IMG/VR virus record: IMGVR_UViG_3300044641_006340
Direction: 5' to 3' (one strand)
DNA length: 64,000 bases
Origin: an uncultured virus (IMG/VR IMGVR_UViG_3300044641_006340)
Taxonomy: Duplodnaviria; Heunggongvirae; Uroviricota; Caudoviricetes
In this document: positions 29,126 through 40,100 of the stretch, piece by piece
Numbering within the stretch: position 1 is the stretch's first letter
How the letters are laid out: the number at the start of each line of letters is the position of its first letter
Made by a program: the position numbers and the translations under genes
Notes under the pieces: generated by a model
What the model was told of the DNA's origin: nothing
The model's database searches: none
What the model saw: only the letters and a program-made list of their open reading frames with translations

Positions 29126-32100
29126 TTAGCACCTGTAAGATTGTAGTACCCAATCTTTGTCCATGTATACGAAAAGACCATTGTCTCCATTAGAGGCATT
29201 AAAACCTAATGGATTCTTATATGTGGTCCTATAAGAAGTGTTATCTGTGCTATATATTTGATATATATCGACACTAGAAGCTCCTCTAATAACGCCAGAA
29301 GTAATAAATGGCCTATTATAAATAGGCTCATAAAAACCATCATCGCTATTATATTTACAATATATCTGAGCTCCTCTTGGGGCAGGACTTGTGCCTAGAT
29401 TGTCCTTAACGAAAACAAGCCTTCTCAAACCACTAGGTAACGGATTTTTATCTAGATCAGTTATTATTTGACCTCGTGCGGGTTCTTTATCTACCAAGTC
29501 TTGTTCTATTTGTATCCAAACATTTTTATAATTAGCTCCTACTGTCCACACTTTAGAGCTATCATCCCACCTTAAATCAATTGGACCTACAGGCCATGTG
29601 CCCGGCATTTGCCCCCAACCCTTAGCAAATTTGTGTTCCTTATATGGCTTAGTCCATGAGCCGTCAGGATTTTGTGTTTGGTTTTTATATAGAATATTCC
29701 CATCACTATCCCGCAATGCAGAACCATCTTCGTTTAATCGTACTTCACCGGAACCATTGGGTACAGGATATCCTTCAGTATCATAACCCCAACCGTGAAC
29801 CATTATAGGTCCTCTTAAACCAAAAAATCTCATATTATTAGCTGGTAGATTTTCGTTATTTGGGTATCCTGTGATTTGTTTATAAGCGGGTTTGGTGCCC
29901 GGCGATTTACCAAAATTTTTATCTATATAATCATATGCATCATTAATATTGTCGCTGTAAGATAATTTTAAACTACTATCACTACCATTAGGAGCAACTA
30001 TACTACTAGATATTGTGTCTATGGAATGAGCAGAATAATCTCCTGGTTGTCTATTTTGATAACAAGAAAATTCTCCACTAGTTAATAAAACTGGATTTAA
30101 CGTAGCGTAATTAATGATTGGATTGCCACTTATTCCACCAATTCCTGTAACAGTATTACTTGATATAATAGTTAAGTCTGTACCTGACGCTATAATGTAC
30201 GGAGGTGTTGTTTCTTTTGGTGTGGCACTAGCATATTTACGTTTGTCTTTAATGTTGTCTGGCTCACAAAATATACAATCAACATCTGTCTGTGTATTAA
30301 TATTATTTAATATAGTATTAAAATTATCAATTGTATTAAGCGCTAGGCTATTCAGTTTTTTGTAGGAGTACTTAGCCGTACCTAAACATATTGGGCATCT
30401 GCTTCTTGGGTATTTAGTTATACTATATGTAGATCCGTATGGAATAGGATAGAATGAGATTGGAGATAAAATGCCATCTAAACTCATAATGGCTTTTTTA
30501 TCATAGTCTGTCAAAAGTTCTCTAGGAGCTTCGTCAGTTTCGTATAATCCTATATCTCCTAAATATCTGGGTAAATTTTGAACATCGCTATTAATACGAC
30601 CATAAGGTTTCATAGACCAATCTGGACTATAATTTGGTATATTCTGAGCAACGCTAGAATTTGGATGAACATGAAGCCTATTACCTCCAACTAAGATTTT
30701 ACCGGGACTCCATCTTAACTGTTTGGGAGTATCTCCTCCACTACTGTCTCTAATGGCTCCAGCAAAATTAGCTTTAATTATATTTTGTGTAGCATTCAGA
30801 GAATCGTTTATTGCTTTCCTTTGTTTGAAATTTTCTAATGCTAGTGTTTTAAATCTATCTGTATTTTCTTTATTAAAAAAGCCTAGTTTTCTGGTATATG
30901 TTCTTAAAGTATAGTTAGAAGTGATTCCATTTTCTCCAATATCAACAACAATGGTGGATATTAGTGGACCACCAGCAACTAGCGCTTCGCCTACAAGTCC
31001 TATACTAGTATCTATTCCTACTACACCCAATTCTCCATTCTCATGTACTTGCTGATAACCGGCTTCATTATCTATAGCTTTGCAAACATACGAGTCTAAA
31101 TTTTCCATACCTCCATAGTTCCAAGGAACTAGATCAGTATTTTCCTCAACTTTTACAGATCCAACAGCATTATCTATTTCATTTCTATCAAAACCAGCAT
31201 AACCAGGATTATCTATCCATGGACCATAAGTAGCCAAATTATACTGAATCGGAATAGCAGCAAATGCTGGACAAATAGCCTTTGGTTCTATTGGTATAGA
31301 GGGTCCAGTGTCGTTTAAACTAATACCACCTCCCCCTATATCTGCAGAAATTCTAGCGTTGCCACCCAAAAACCATGCTAGTAGCGCCCCGGATTTTATA
31401 AGATCTCTGTTATACCCTGATTTAAAAGCCCAGCCGTATTGATGAGCTAAGATAGCATCATGCATCATAGTATACGCTAAAGATCTTTCACATTCATTCT
31501 TGCCTCCTCCTAATTTTATTGGTCGATCTAAATTTAATATAATTCTAGGAGTGCTATTTATATAAACCAATGCTTGTCGTGCTGTAGCTGTTGCGTACAT
31601 TTTGTATGTATAATCACTTGGTATATTCTCTCCTTGCGCGGTTCTAAAATCTCCAGTGTTTATTGCTGATGAGCCACCAAAAGTAAATCCTTGAGAAGTT
31701 GCTGTTGGACTAACATATTTTATATATACATAATTACTTGGATCCATATCATGTTCTAATGGGAAATAAAAATACTTGTTGGCCTCTGCTCTTGATGTGA
31801 ATTTTCTGTATTCTTTTTGAATAACAGCGTGCATAGCCCCCATTCCACCCGCTTGTGCCATAGCTAATTGAGTGTCTAACCAATTATCTTTTGTAGATTT
31901 CTCTGCATTGGCACTAAAGCCTAATATTGGTTTTATTTTACCTTCTTCGTCTCTGAATGTGTCCATCACTGTGGAACCAACGATCATTGTGTCATCAATA
32001 AATGTACCGTTTTCTTCCCAAGCTCCATCAGTAGAAACTTCCCAATTATAAAAATATTTACCAGACTCGGGATCCCTATAATAATTAATCGAAGGAACTC

Positions 32101-34168
32101 TTACCATATACGATTTACCATAGTATGTATCATGAACTTTTTTCATAATTTCCCATACTTTATTTAGATCTTGGTAAAAAGACCGAACGTATGGAGCAGC
32201 GTTAGCTATGCTTATGTTTCCGGCATAATTATTAACATTTGAGGCTTTTGATTTTCCTAAGATATCCCATTTAATAATTGATACCGCTTTTAAATATGGG
32301 GCTGTTCCATAGGTATTTCTAAAATAGCCAGCCATAAGCAATTCTATATCTGTTGAGAAAAAATTATCAAAACAATATGAAAGCCAAGATTCAAATCCTG
32401 AACCAGCTGCTCTTAATTCATTTTCGAGCACAACAAAAGTAGTTGCATCATAATAAGAGTTTGATAATACTCTAGTAATATCGTTTTTTATAAAGACTAT
32501 TTTAAGCTGATTAGTTCGCTGATCCCAATATACTGTTCTAGCGTCAGAAAAGCTATATTCATTTTCTGTGCCACTAAAATTCCCAGCACCGCTTTCACTA
32601 TAAGTATCTCCATTCATACCAAAATATGGACAAATTATATCATTAAAAATCGGGTAAGAATGGTTAGGTCCAGAATTATTTGCAGTAGCTACATTTTGAT
32701 AATTATTTTGCCATCTAGAATAACCGTTGCCCATGGTAGTTTCTGTGTAAAAAGCGTCAGTTCCTAATGTTTGACTAACATATCCAACCCCTTCTCTCCA
32801 CGATTGAAATCTTCTGGTAAACTGGTGATCCGGAACCATATATCTATTAACTGTTGTTGATGGAGTTGGCATAAAAGTCCCTTTGTAGGGATCAAATACC
32901 ATAGTAGTTTGTGTCTGAGATAGATTCGTCGATAAAGCTTGATATAGTCTTTTTTGCTTACCTCCTATGTGCATTAATCTTACTGGAGTGTCTGCAAATT
33001 CTTGGCCGTAAGAGTAATTAGATATTTTAGTATTGTTTTGGTTAATTAATTCATTAATTTTGTTTTTTAATTGATTTCTTGATGGTATATCTCTTCTAGA
33101 TATAGTTTTTACCTTAATGGTTCCTGTTGTGTTTCCGCTAGTATTATTAAGAAAAATAATAGAATAGTCACAGCCAGCTCCTTCGCATAGTATCTTAATA
33201 AATTCTCCTATTGATATTACCGAATTAGGGATATATAAGGTTTGTGGAGGAACTGGTACTTCTGATAGGTCCAAAGAAAATAAACTTCTGCGAACATTAT
33301 CTGCTGCTATTATGCTACGACATAATCCATGATTTTCAAGAAAACCATCTGTGTTAATGATATTTCCATTACTAGTGACTGTTTTAGTAATTAATCCTCC
33401 GTATGGATTATATTTACTTCTGGATGCAAAGTCATTTCTTAAAAAATTATATATCTGTAAAGCAGGGATTCCTCTGTCATTTTTAAATGAGCTTCCAAAT
33501 GATACGGCTTCGTAAGCTCCGTAAACATTAAAAACATTTGGGATATTACCATGGTATATGGATGGAGTTACATAGTTTCTATTTAATAAATTTCCATTTC
33601 TGTCGTTGTCATATATCATAGGAGACGCCCAGTCCCCAGCAAATTCGGATATAGAACCAATATAATTATTTATTATTAAATAACTATTATTAAGCAATGA
33701 TGAATATCCCTGTAGTTCAACTTCATATATATCTTTACCAGATGTTGACCCTAGACTTTTCCAAGATTTTACCAGTCCAGCAAATTCTAAATTAGTATCA
33801 TATTTAAATCTGGCCGGGCACCCTATTATGTCATAATTAAGTCCTATAAAATTAGGGTCTGCTTCTAAAAAATCTGTGTCAGATGATGTGTTTGTTGGCC
33901 ATAACCTTTTCTTATTCTCTTGGGTCGTTTCTGTAGGTATGTTTTTTGATATTACGTAACTATTCTGAGTGGGTATGTCTCTATTGTTTTTAATTCTGTT
34001 TTGAAGACTATTTTGTAGACTATCGCTTTGAAAAGAGGCTCTAGCACTACTGGTAGAATCGTCATATGCCAGGGAAATCCTAGCCTGACTATTCTCTTCG
34101 CCCCATGCTAAATTAATATTAAACTTGGTTATGCTACATCCTAGAAAAAGAGTTTGTCTTAAGCTCAT
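29126..34168 (-). CDS. Large putative tail tip/baseplate hub protein (1680 aa)
   Basis: Position downstream of the TMP and beta-rich composition. Contains a CPIC..CIFC pair. Confidence 0.55.
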   Translation of the reverse strand: MSLRQTLFLGCSITKFNINLAWGEENSQARISLAYDDSTSSARASFQSDSLQNSLQNRIKNNRDIPTQNSYVISKNIPTETTQENKKRLWPTNTSSDTDFLEADPNFIGLNYDIIGCPARFKYDTNLEFAGLVKSWKSLGSTSGKDIYEVELQGYSSLLNNSYLIINNYIGSISEFAGDWASPMIYDNDRNGNLLNRNYVTPSIYHGNIPNVFNVYGAYEAVSFGSSFKNDRGIPALQIYNFLRNDFASRSKYNPYGGLITKTVTSNGNIINTDGFLENHGLCRSIIAADNVRRSLFSLDLSEVPVPPQTLYIPNSVISIGEFIKILCEGAGCDYSIIFLNNTSGNTTGTIKVKTISRRDIPSRNQLKNKINELINQNNTKISNYSYGQEFADTPVRLMHIGGKQKRLYQALSTNLSQTQTTMVFDPYKGTFMPTPSTTVNRYMVPDHQFTRRFQSWREGVGYVSQTLGTDAFYTETTMGNGYSRWQNNYQNVATANNSGPNHSYPIFNDIICPYFGMNGDTYSESGAGNFSGTENEYSFSDARTVYWDQRTNQLKIVFIKNDITRVLSNSYYDATTFVVLENELRAAGSGFESWLSYCFDNFFSTDIELLMAGYFRNTYGTAPYLKAVSIIKWDILGKSKASNVNNYAGNISIANAAPYVRSFYQDLNKVWEIMKKVHDTYYGKSYMVRVPSINYYRDPESGKYFYNWEVSTDGAWEENGTFIDDTMIVGSTVMDTFRDEEGKIKPILGFSANAEKSTKDNWLDTQLAMAQAGGMGAMHAVIQKEYRKFTSRAEANKYFYFPLEHDMDPSNYVYIKYVSPTATSQGFTFGGSSAINTGDFRTAQGENIPSDYTYKMYATATARQALVYINSTPRIILNLDRPIKLGGGKNECERSLAYTMMHDAILAHQYGWAFKSGYNRDLIKSGALLAWFLGGNARISADIGGGGISLNDTGPSIPIEPKAICPAFAAIPIQYNLATYGPWIDNPGYAGFDRNEIDNAVGSVKVEENTDLVPWNYGGMENLDSYVCKAIDNEAGYQQVHENGELGVVGIDTSIGLVGEALVAGGPLISTIVVDIGENGITSNYTLRTYTRKLGFFNKENTDRFKTLALENFKQRKAINDSLNATQNIIKANFAGAIRDSSGGDTPKQLRWSPGKILVGGNRLHVHPNSSVAQNIPNYSPDWSMKPYGRINSDVQNLPRYLGDIGLYETDEAPRELLTDYDKKAIMSLDGILSPISFYPIPYGSTYSITKYPRSRCPICLGTAKYSYKKLNSLALNTIDNFNTILNNINTQTDVDCIFCEPDNIKDKRKYASATPKETTPPYIIASGTDLTIISSNTVTGIGGISGNPIINYATLNPVLLTSGEFSCYQNRQPGDYSAHSIDTISSSIVAPNGSDSSLKLSYSDNINDAYDYIDKNFGKSPGTKPAYKQITGYPNNENLPANNMRFFGLRGPIMVHGWGYDTEGYPVPNGSGEVRLNEDGSALRDSDGNILYKNQTQNPDGSWTKPYKEHKFAKGWGQMPGTWPVGPIDLRWDDSSKVWTVGANYKNVWIQIEQDLVDKEPARGQIITDLDKNPLPSGLRRLVFVKDNLGTSPAPRGAQIYCKYNSDDGFYEPIYNRPFITSGVIRGASSVDIYQIYSTDNTSYRTTYKNPLGFNASNGDNGLFVYMDKDWVLQSYRC

Positions 34169-35712
34169 TGTGTTTTTCCTCTAAAAACCCACTCATATGT
34201 AAAATTACAAGATACTGAATTATTAACCACGTCAATTTTAGCACTACTATCTTTTAAAAAACTTTTTATTTCTAGATTAGGAGAAGGCACAGGATCCAGA
34301 ATGTTTTTTGGGTTAAGACTTTCTGCAAGCTTTTTTATACTATCTCTTTTTCCTTTTAAGATATTATAATATTCTATAGTGTTTTGTACAGTCGGGTAAT
34401 TTGCAAATTTAGCATCTATATTTATAGTTCTAGTATTAGAGCTTTTGGTGCCTAAATCCTGCAAAATTGGAGGACCATACATTACCAATTGTGTTATTAT
34501 TTTTTTCATACCAATAGAATCTTGTACGTTAATAGTTTCTGATATTCCACTAAAATAATTAATTGGCTTGTTATTATAAACAATATTAAATTTTATAGAT
34601 CCGTCTGTTTTACTGTGAGTGACTCCACTAGAAACAGGAATAGGATTAATAGTTGGCGTCTCATTTCTGTTGAATCCCGCATCTCCGGCATTAATAAATT
34701 TAAACTGATTATCATAAAGCATCTCATTTTTATTTCTGCTCGTTGGTGTAACCAACATATTCTGAGCCATGCCTAAAAATGTGTTTTGTATACTAGAAAA
34801 TCTAGAGAAGGCATTGGTATACTTTGTATTATCGTCAGTAATAATGTCAATAATTTTACCACTAGGTCCGGCACTAGTCCAAGTTTTATTACTGTTTGAT
34901 AATCCTTTTATTTCTCCATTAATAGATACAGTTCTTGTAGCATCTCTATCTAATGAGCTTTCAATATTGAGAGTTTGTATATAATTATTATTATTTCTGC
35001 TAGCCACCCATGTATCAGTAACAGTATATGAGCCGTCCGTACTGCTTTTATTAACATTTCTAATATGATTATATACGCCACCAAAATTACTTAAAAAAGC
35101 TTCTGTTGTAGTTTGCCCATTTTGCCCCATATAATTTTCTATCCACAGTTTAGCATTCTCTAAAGAATTAGGATAATCTAGCTCATACCTTCCTACTGCT
35201 CCAACAGTTCTGGTAATTTTAAAAAATGGATACGTTGGTAAAGTATATAAATCATTAGTTAGTTTTTCAGTATATAATTTAGTATCAAAATCAGGCTGGG
35301 TAATATTTTTAAAGTTTTCATCTAGAGCTTCAAAAGACCAATCATCCTGTATTCTAGTAACTAACCAGTTTGTACTAGTATTAAATCCAGGATTTTCTGA
35401 AGTCAATACTCCCTCAAAATTCATACTATAACGAATAGTATTAGCCCAATTGTCATTTGTTGGTTCTAAATTAGAGCTAATAGTTTTTACTTTGTAATTT
35501 ATACCATCAAGACTTAGAATTCCCGTACTATCTGGACTTCTTATTCCGCTTAATCCAGAGTATCCTGGGCTTTTACCAGCAAATAATAATCCATTTAAAG
35601 TAATATTATGTATTTTAGAAATACCACTACCAACAGTTAGATACTCTGTACTAATATTAATATTAGGAGTGGGAGTAAAATTAACATTATTAAAAGATAT
35701 AGTAATACTCAT
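34165..35712 (-). CDS. Putative tail protein, paralogue of 35709-37136
   Basis: Shares ITR..AVG.Y, NA..W, NH.R, GSY...DTW.A, ISE.INV and PILQ with its neighbour. Confidence 0.6.
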   Translation of the reverse strand: MSITISFNNVNFTPTPNINISTEYLTVGSGISKIHNITLNGLLFAGKSPGYSGLSGIRSPDSTGILSLDGINYKVKTISSNLEPTNDNWANTIRYSMNFEGVLTSENPGFNTSTNWLVTRIQDDWSFEALDENFKNITQPDFDTKLYTEKLTNDLYTLPTYPFFKITRTVGAVGRYELDYPNSLENAKLWIENYMGQNGQTTTEAFLSNFGGVYNHIRNVNKSSTDGSYTVTDTWVASRNNNNYIQTLNIESSLDRDATRTVSINGEIKGLSNSNKTWTSAGPSGKIIDIITDDNTKYTNAFSRFSSIQNTFLGMAQNMLVTPTSRNKNEMLYDNQFKFINAGDAGFNRNETPTINPIPVSSGVTHSKTDGSIKFNIVYNNKPINYFSGISETINVQDSIGMKKIITQLVMYGPPILQDLGTKSSNTRTINIDAKFANYPTVQNTIEYYNILKGKRDSIKKLAESLNPKNILDPVPSPNLEIKSFLKDSSAKIDVVNNSVSCNFTYEWVFRGKTQ

Positions 35713-37136
35713 GAATGCATATACTCTATTGTCATAGATAATCTATTCTCGTTCATGTTCCAAGAAAAACCGCTATTATTAACTGCTAAAAAATTGTCTG
35801 GACCAAAAGTCCTTATTTGTCGTTCAAGATCATCATATACGTCTTTAGGAAACATTAAATTAGCCATTCCTGATGATGGTAAAACACACTCATAGTTAAC
35901 TGTTGTTGTACTATAAGACGGAAAATTATTAATAGTTTGCAGTATTGGTCCTAATTTACGACCTATAACAAAAATAGAAGCATATAATTCTTTTTGTCCA
36001 TAATTGGTATCTACGTTTATAGATTCACTTATTGCTTTTTTAATTATGGTTCTTGGTCTAGTATCATATGAAAAGCTGTAAGTTATTGTTCCTGCTGTTG
36101 AGTCAAAACCTTCCACTATAGATAAAGGTTTGGGATTAAGTGATGTTCCTGCTAATGCCTCTGCTCTACTTCGTATTTCATTTCTAACATCAATATATGT
36201 TTTTAAAGCATTAGCGAATCTTCCTGTTGTAGGAACAAAATTAGAATTGTTAACGGTTGGTTTGTCATAATCTGGTATACCAGTGTTAGACTTATCAAAA
36301 AACTCTAAGCCTTGAACAGATCCCTTGACATTTGCTGTGATATTTTTAGATTCGTCTATTCCAACTTCTACCTCAAAATTTTCTATGGCATATCTTGTAG
36401 GGTCTGTTAACTGATAAAAAGCTAGCCAAGTGTCATCAAAACCATAAGATCCCTCAAACTTATTAACATTAGTTCTTCTTACATGATTAAATAAAATTAA
36501 ATTATTATCTATAACTCCGGTAATATTTACAGATTTCTCTTTGACCCATTGTTGAGCATTTTGTACTGGTGTTGTTCCAGGATAATATTTACCAACAGCG
36601 CTAATTGAGCGAGTGATCCTATACCCCGGAGCATTATTATTATTTGTTGCTCCTTTAGCCTCGTTTGTTATCCAATAATCTTCTACTGGTTCTATAGTCC
36701 AATTATCTTTGGTACTATTAACTAAATATAAATTTTTAAGAGGTTCATTTCTTTCGCATACCAGATCTATACTATATGGAATAGTAGTGGTCCATCTATT
36801 TTCGTTTTCATCTACAGAATATTTCTTAATATAGCATTTTGAGAATGATCCAAATTGACAGGGTAAACTTACCTCTATTGGTGTAGAATCTTTAAATAAA
36901 TTATTTAATTTTTGTCTTATACTATCACTACCAGTTGCTAAGCTGAGATTAAGTAGGCCCGAGGTATATTTGTCGGAGCCAACTAAACCACTACCACTAG
37001 GAAATATCTCTCCTTTTAGGCTAATATTAGTTGTGGCCCCTATGGGTTGTCCAGCTCCGTCTTTTTGTATCTCATTACTTATGGTCACCAATGGAATTGG
37101 CGATAAAGTAATATTTTGTAATATTAATTGTCCCAT
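35709..37136 (-). CDS. Putative tail protein, paralogue of 34165-35712
   Basis: Same colinear motifs as its neighbour. ATGA overlap. Confidence 0.6.
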   Translation of the reverse strand: MGQLILQNITLSPIPLVTISNEIQKDGAGQPIGATTNISLKGEIFPSGSGLVGSDKYTSGLLNLSLATGSDSIRQKLNNLFKDSTPIEVSLPCQFGSFSKCYIKKYSVDENENRWTTTIPYSIDLVCERNEPLKNLYLVNSTKDNWTIEPVEDYWITNEAKGATNNNNAPGYRITRSISAVGKYYPGTTPVQNAQQWVKEKSVNITGVIDNNLILFNHVRRTNVNKFEGSYGFDDTWLAFYQLTDPTRYAIENFEVEVGIDESKNITANVKGSVQGLEFFDKSNTGIPDYDKPTVNNSNFVPTTGRFANALKTYIDVRNEIRSRAEALAGTSLNPKPLSIVEGFDSTAGTITYSFSYDTRPRTIIKKAISESINVDTNYGQKELYASIFVIGRKLGPILQTINNFPSYSTTTVNYECVLPSSGMANLMFPKDVYDDLERQIRTFGPDNFLAVNNSGFSWNMNENRLSMTIEYMHS

Positions 37137-37141
37137 TATAA

Positions 37142-40100
37142 TTATGAATTTCCGTATAGATCTCTTATCCCATGACCTGGATGATTAAGTTGATGAACCT
37201 GAGCAGTAGCTGTCCATAATGCTGTTTTACCATCAACTCCGGTGGCTCGTATACTTAATCTTGGTAAATTAGACTGACTATCATTATCGAGAGAAGTTGC
37301 GATACCCATACCAGCGGGCAAACCAACAACACCAGCCCCTGTTGCAAAAATATTTATTCTTTCTTGGCCAAGTTTAGTAAAAATACTACCATCAGCAGAT
37401 CTAAAGATGGCACCTTGAATATTCATACCAGCAGCCTGTCTATTTCCCACCGCGGGATTACTACTACTGGTACCATCTTGCCATAATACTGATACAAATA
37501 TATTATATGTCCAAACATTATCATAATTAAAACCGTTACTATTTGATAAGCTAATAGTATTATACTGGTTTTCTGTTTGAATAGAATCCTTAGCGAAGTT
37601 TGTTGTTAACGCTACAACATTACCCCCCGTAATAGGAGTTCTACATCTCAAATAGTATTGAGCAAATTGTGCCGATCCATCATACAGATTACTTTCTGTT
37701 GTATGGAAAGATCCTCCCGCAAATGTGTGAGTGTGGTATGTATTATTGAGTTTAGTAGCGTGACCAAATTGTATTCCATTTAGGGTTCTAAGATCTGTAG
37801 CTGGAGAACCTATATTTAATGGACTAGACTGACTTACTCTAAATCCACGATTCAAATCCCATTTTACTCCATCCCATATTATAGATTGACCATTGTTATT
37901 TACTCCCAAAGAATTACCCGCTCTGTCAACACTTTGTAAACCAATATCTACTCTAAAAGCATTATTCTGACCAAGCGAAGTATACGTTGTATTTAATGGA
38001 TAGGACCCACTAAATTGCGTTGTTAGATCTAAAGTGCTAGGTATAACATTACCATTATTATCAACTCTTAAGTATAATCCTGAAGGTGTGGTGCCTGGGC
38101 CTATTCTTAAAGAGTTGGTCCATGTTTTACCTTCAACATATAAATGAGCTTGGTTTGTAATATTAGCAAATGTGTCTGGTATAACATTAATAGCTACTTG
38201 ACCACTAACAGGATTTATGTGTAATCCTCTTCTAGTACTTAAGGCTCCAGAATTAATAATTGAAAATTTATTACCTAAGCCTCTGTTGTTAAAAATAGTA
38301 TCTATTTGATTATTTGAACTTAATACTATGTTATAATTTGTATCATTAGTATTAGTAGATAAAATATCATAACTAACAACTCCGGTAGCTCCAAGAGCTA
38401 ATGTTGACTGATTATTAAACCATCTAAATGATGTATCTCCGGTACCCCAAGAATTTTCACTAGCATACATCACTGAGTATGGTCTTGCTGCAAATGATAG
38501 TAGTCTACCGCTAATATTAGAATATAAAAAAGTACCAGTTAAACTAGTTGGTACATTTAATCCACTAATTATGGTTAAGTTATTCAAAACTCCAGAATTA
38601 CCACTAATATTAAAGAAGTCTATTCTATTATTACCAAAATTAGTATTAAATAATACACGAGCAAAATCAGAACCTCCGCTACCTCGTATTCTCATAGCAA
38701 AAGTGTTACCAGCATCATTTACAAATATGCCCGTCGGATTAAGAACTAATCCATTATTATTATCTAAATTAAAACTTAATGAATTACCAGCAGGATCAAA
38801 ATAGATATTAGAGATACCACTACTTACCTTATCGTTAATTTTGCACATAAGACCGGTGTCTAAACCGGATAATCTAACTGGCAATTGCCATGTACCAAAT
38901 CCGTTGACATTGGAGGTCAATACATACTGATCGGGAGATGAAAAGCCTACTCTAATAGTATTAGTACTAGTTAACCCGCTTACAGATAGATCTGCTGTTG
39001 GATTATTAGTATTAACCCCGACCCTGTTATTATTAAGATCGATATTTAGCACCGAAGTATTATCGTTTGTTGATTTAACTATAAAATTATCTTGTATCTT
39101 ACCAGAATTAAAAACTGTTCTTTGATTATCTAAAATAATTTTATTACTATTATTTGTTCCAACATAAAGAGTATTATCAACCACTCCACTTAAGCCATAT
39201 CCAACAACAACATTTCTAACCCCAGATACTGTATTATTAAAACCAATCACCGTACCACTGCTATATATGTAGTTATTATTAGAACCAATAACTATATTAT
39301 TAGATCCATATGTAGGATTAGTTTCTGGTCCGCCCACGCCGCCACCAACAGCATATGGCATTATTAATCCACTAACTGTTGTATTATTAGGAAGATTATT
39401 GTCGTCAAAATTTTCATTAATAGAAAAATATCCGTTTGAGGAATTAACAACAATACTGGTACTAAATTGAATAGTAGTAGTATTTTCTAGTGGGTTTTCT
39501 ACTATATCTAATATTTCTCTTATAAATGTATTATTATTAGCGGCAGGACTTTGTACAACTAATAATGCGGTATCTGCTATTGTATATTTATTAGCTACAT
39601 TAAGAGAAGGTATCGTTATACTGTTCGAGGACAGTGAGTTCATCACGAAAGCATGAGCTATAGAGCCTAGAGTATTATTTCTTCCATAAATAGTATTATT
39701 AGGACCATATATTCTATTGTTTGTTCCAACTACTAATCCGCTTGGAACCAATTGATTAAAACCTAAAGCTATATTACCACTACCAAAAACATCCATGCGC
39801 TTATCTGCGTTATTAAATATTAAAGATTCTTGGCCAACAATTAATGTTTTACTACCCATAGCTCCAAGATTATCTCCAACCATATAGTTGGAATTCCCAA
39901 CACTATATGATCTTGAAGCATTACGCAGGCTGTTGAATGATCCTATGACGTTGTCGTTAGATCCAGAAACAGCATTTTTATTACCTATAATATTTGTAGA
40001 TACGCCGCTAGTTTGTATATTATGTATACCGGCAACAATACTATTAGCTGCTGTGGAGTTGATTCTTCTGGCTACTCCAGTAATACCTCCTGCTGTGTCG

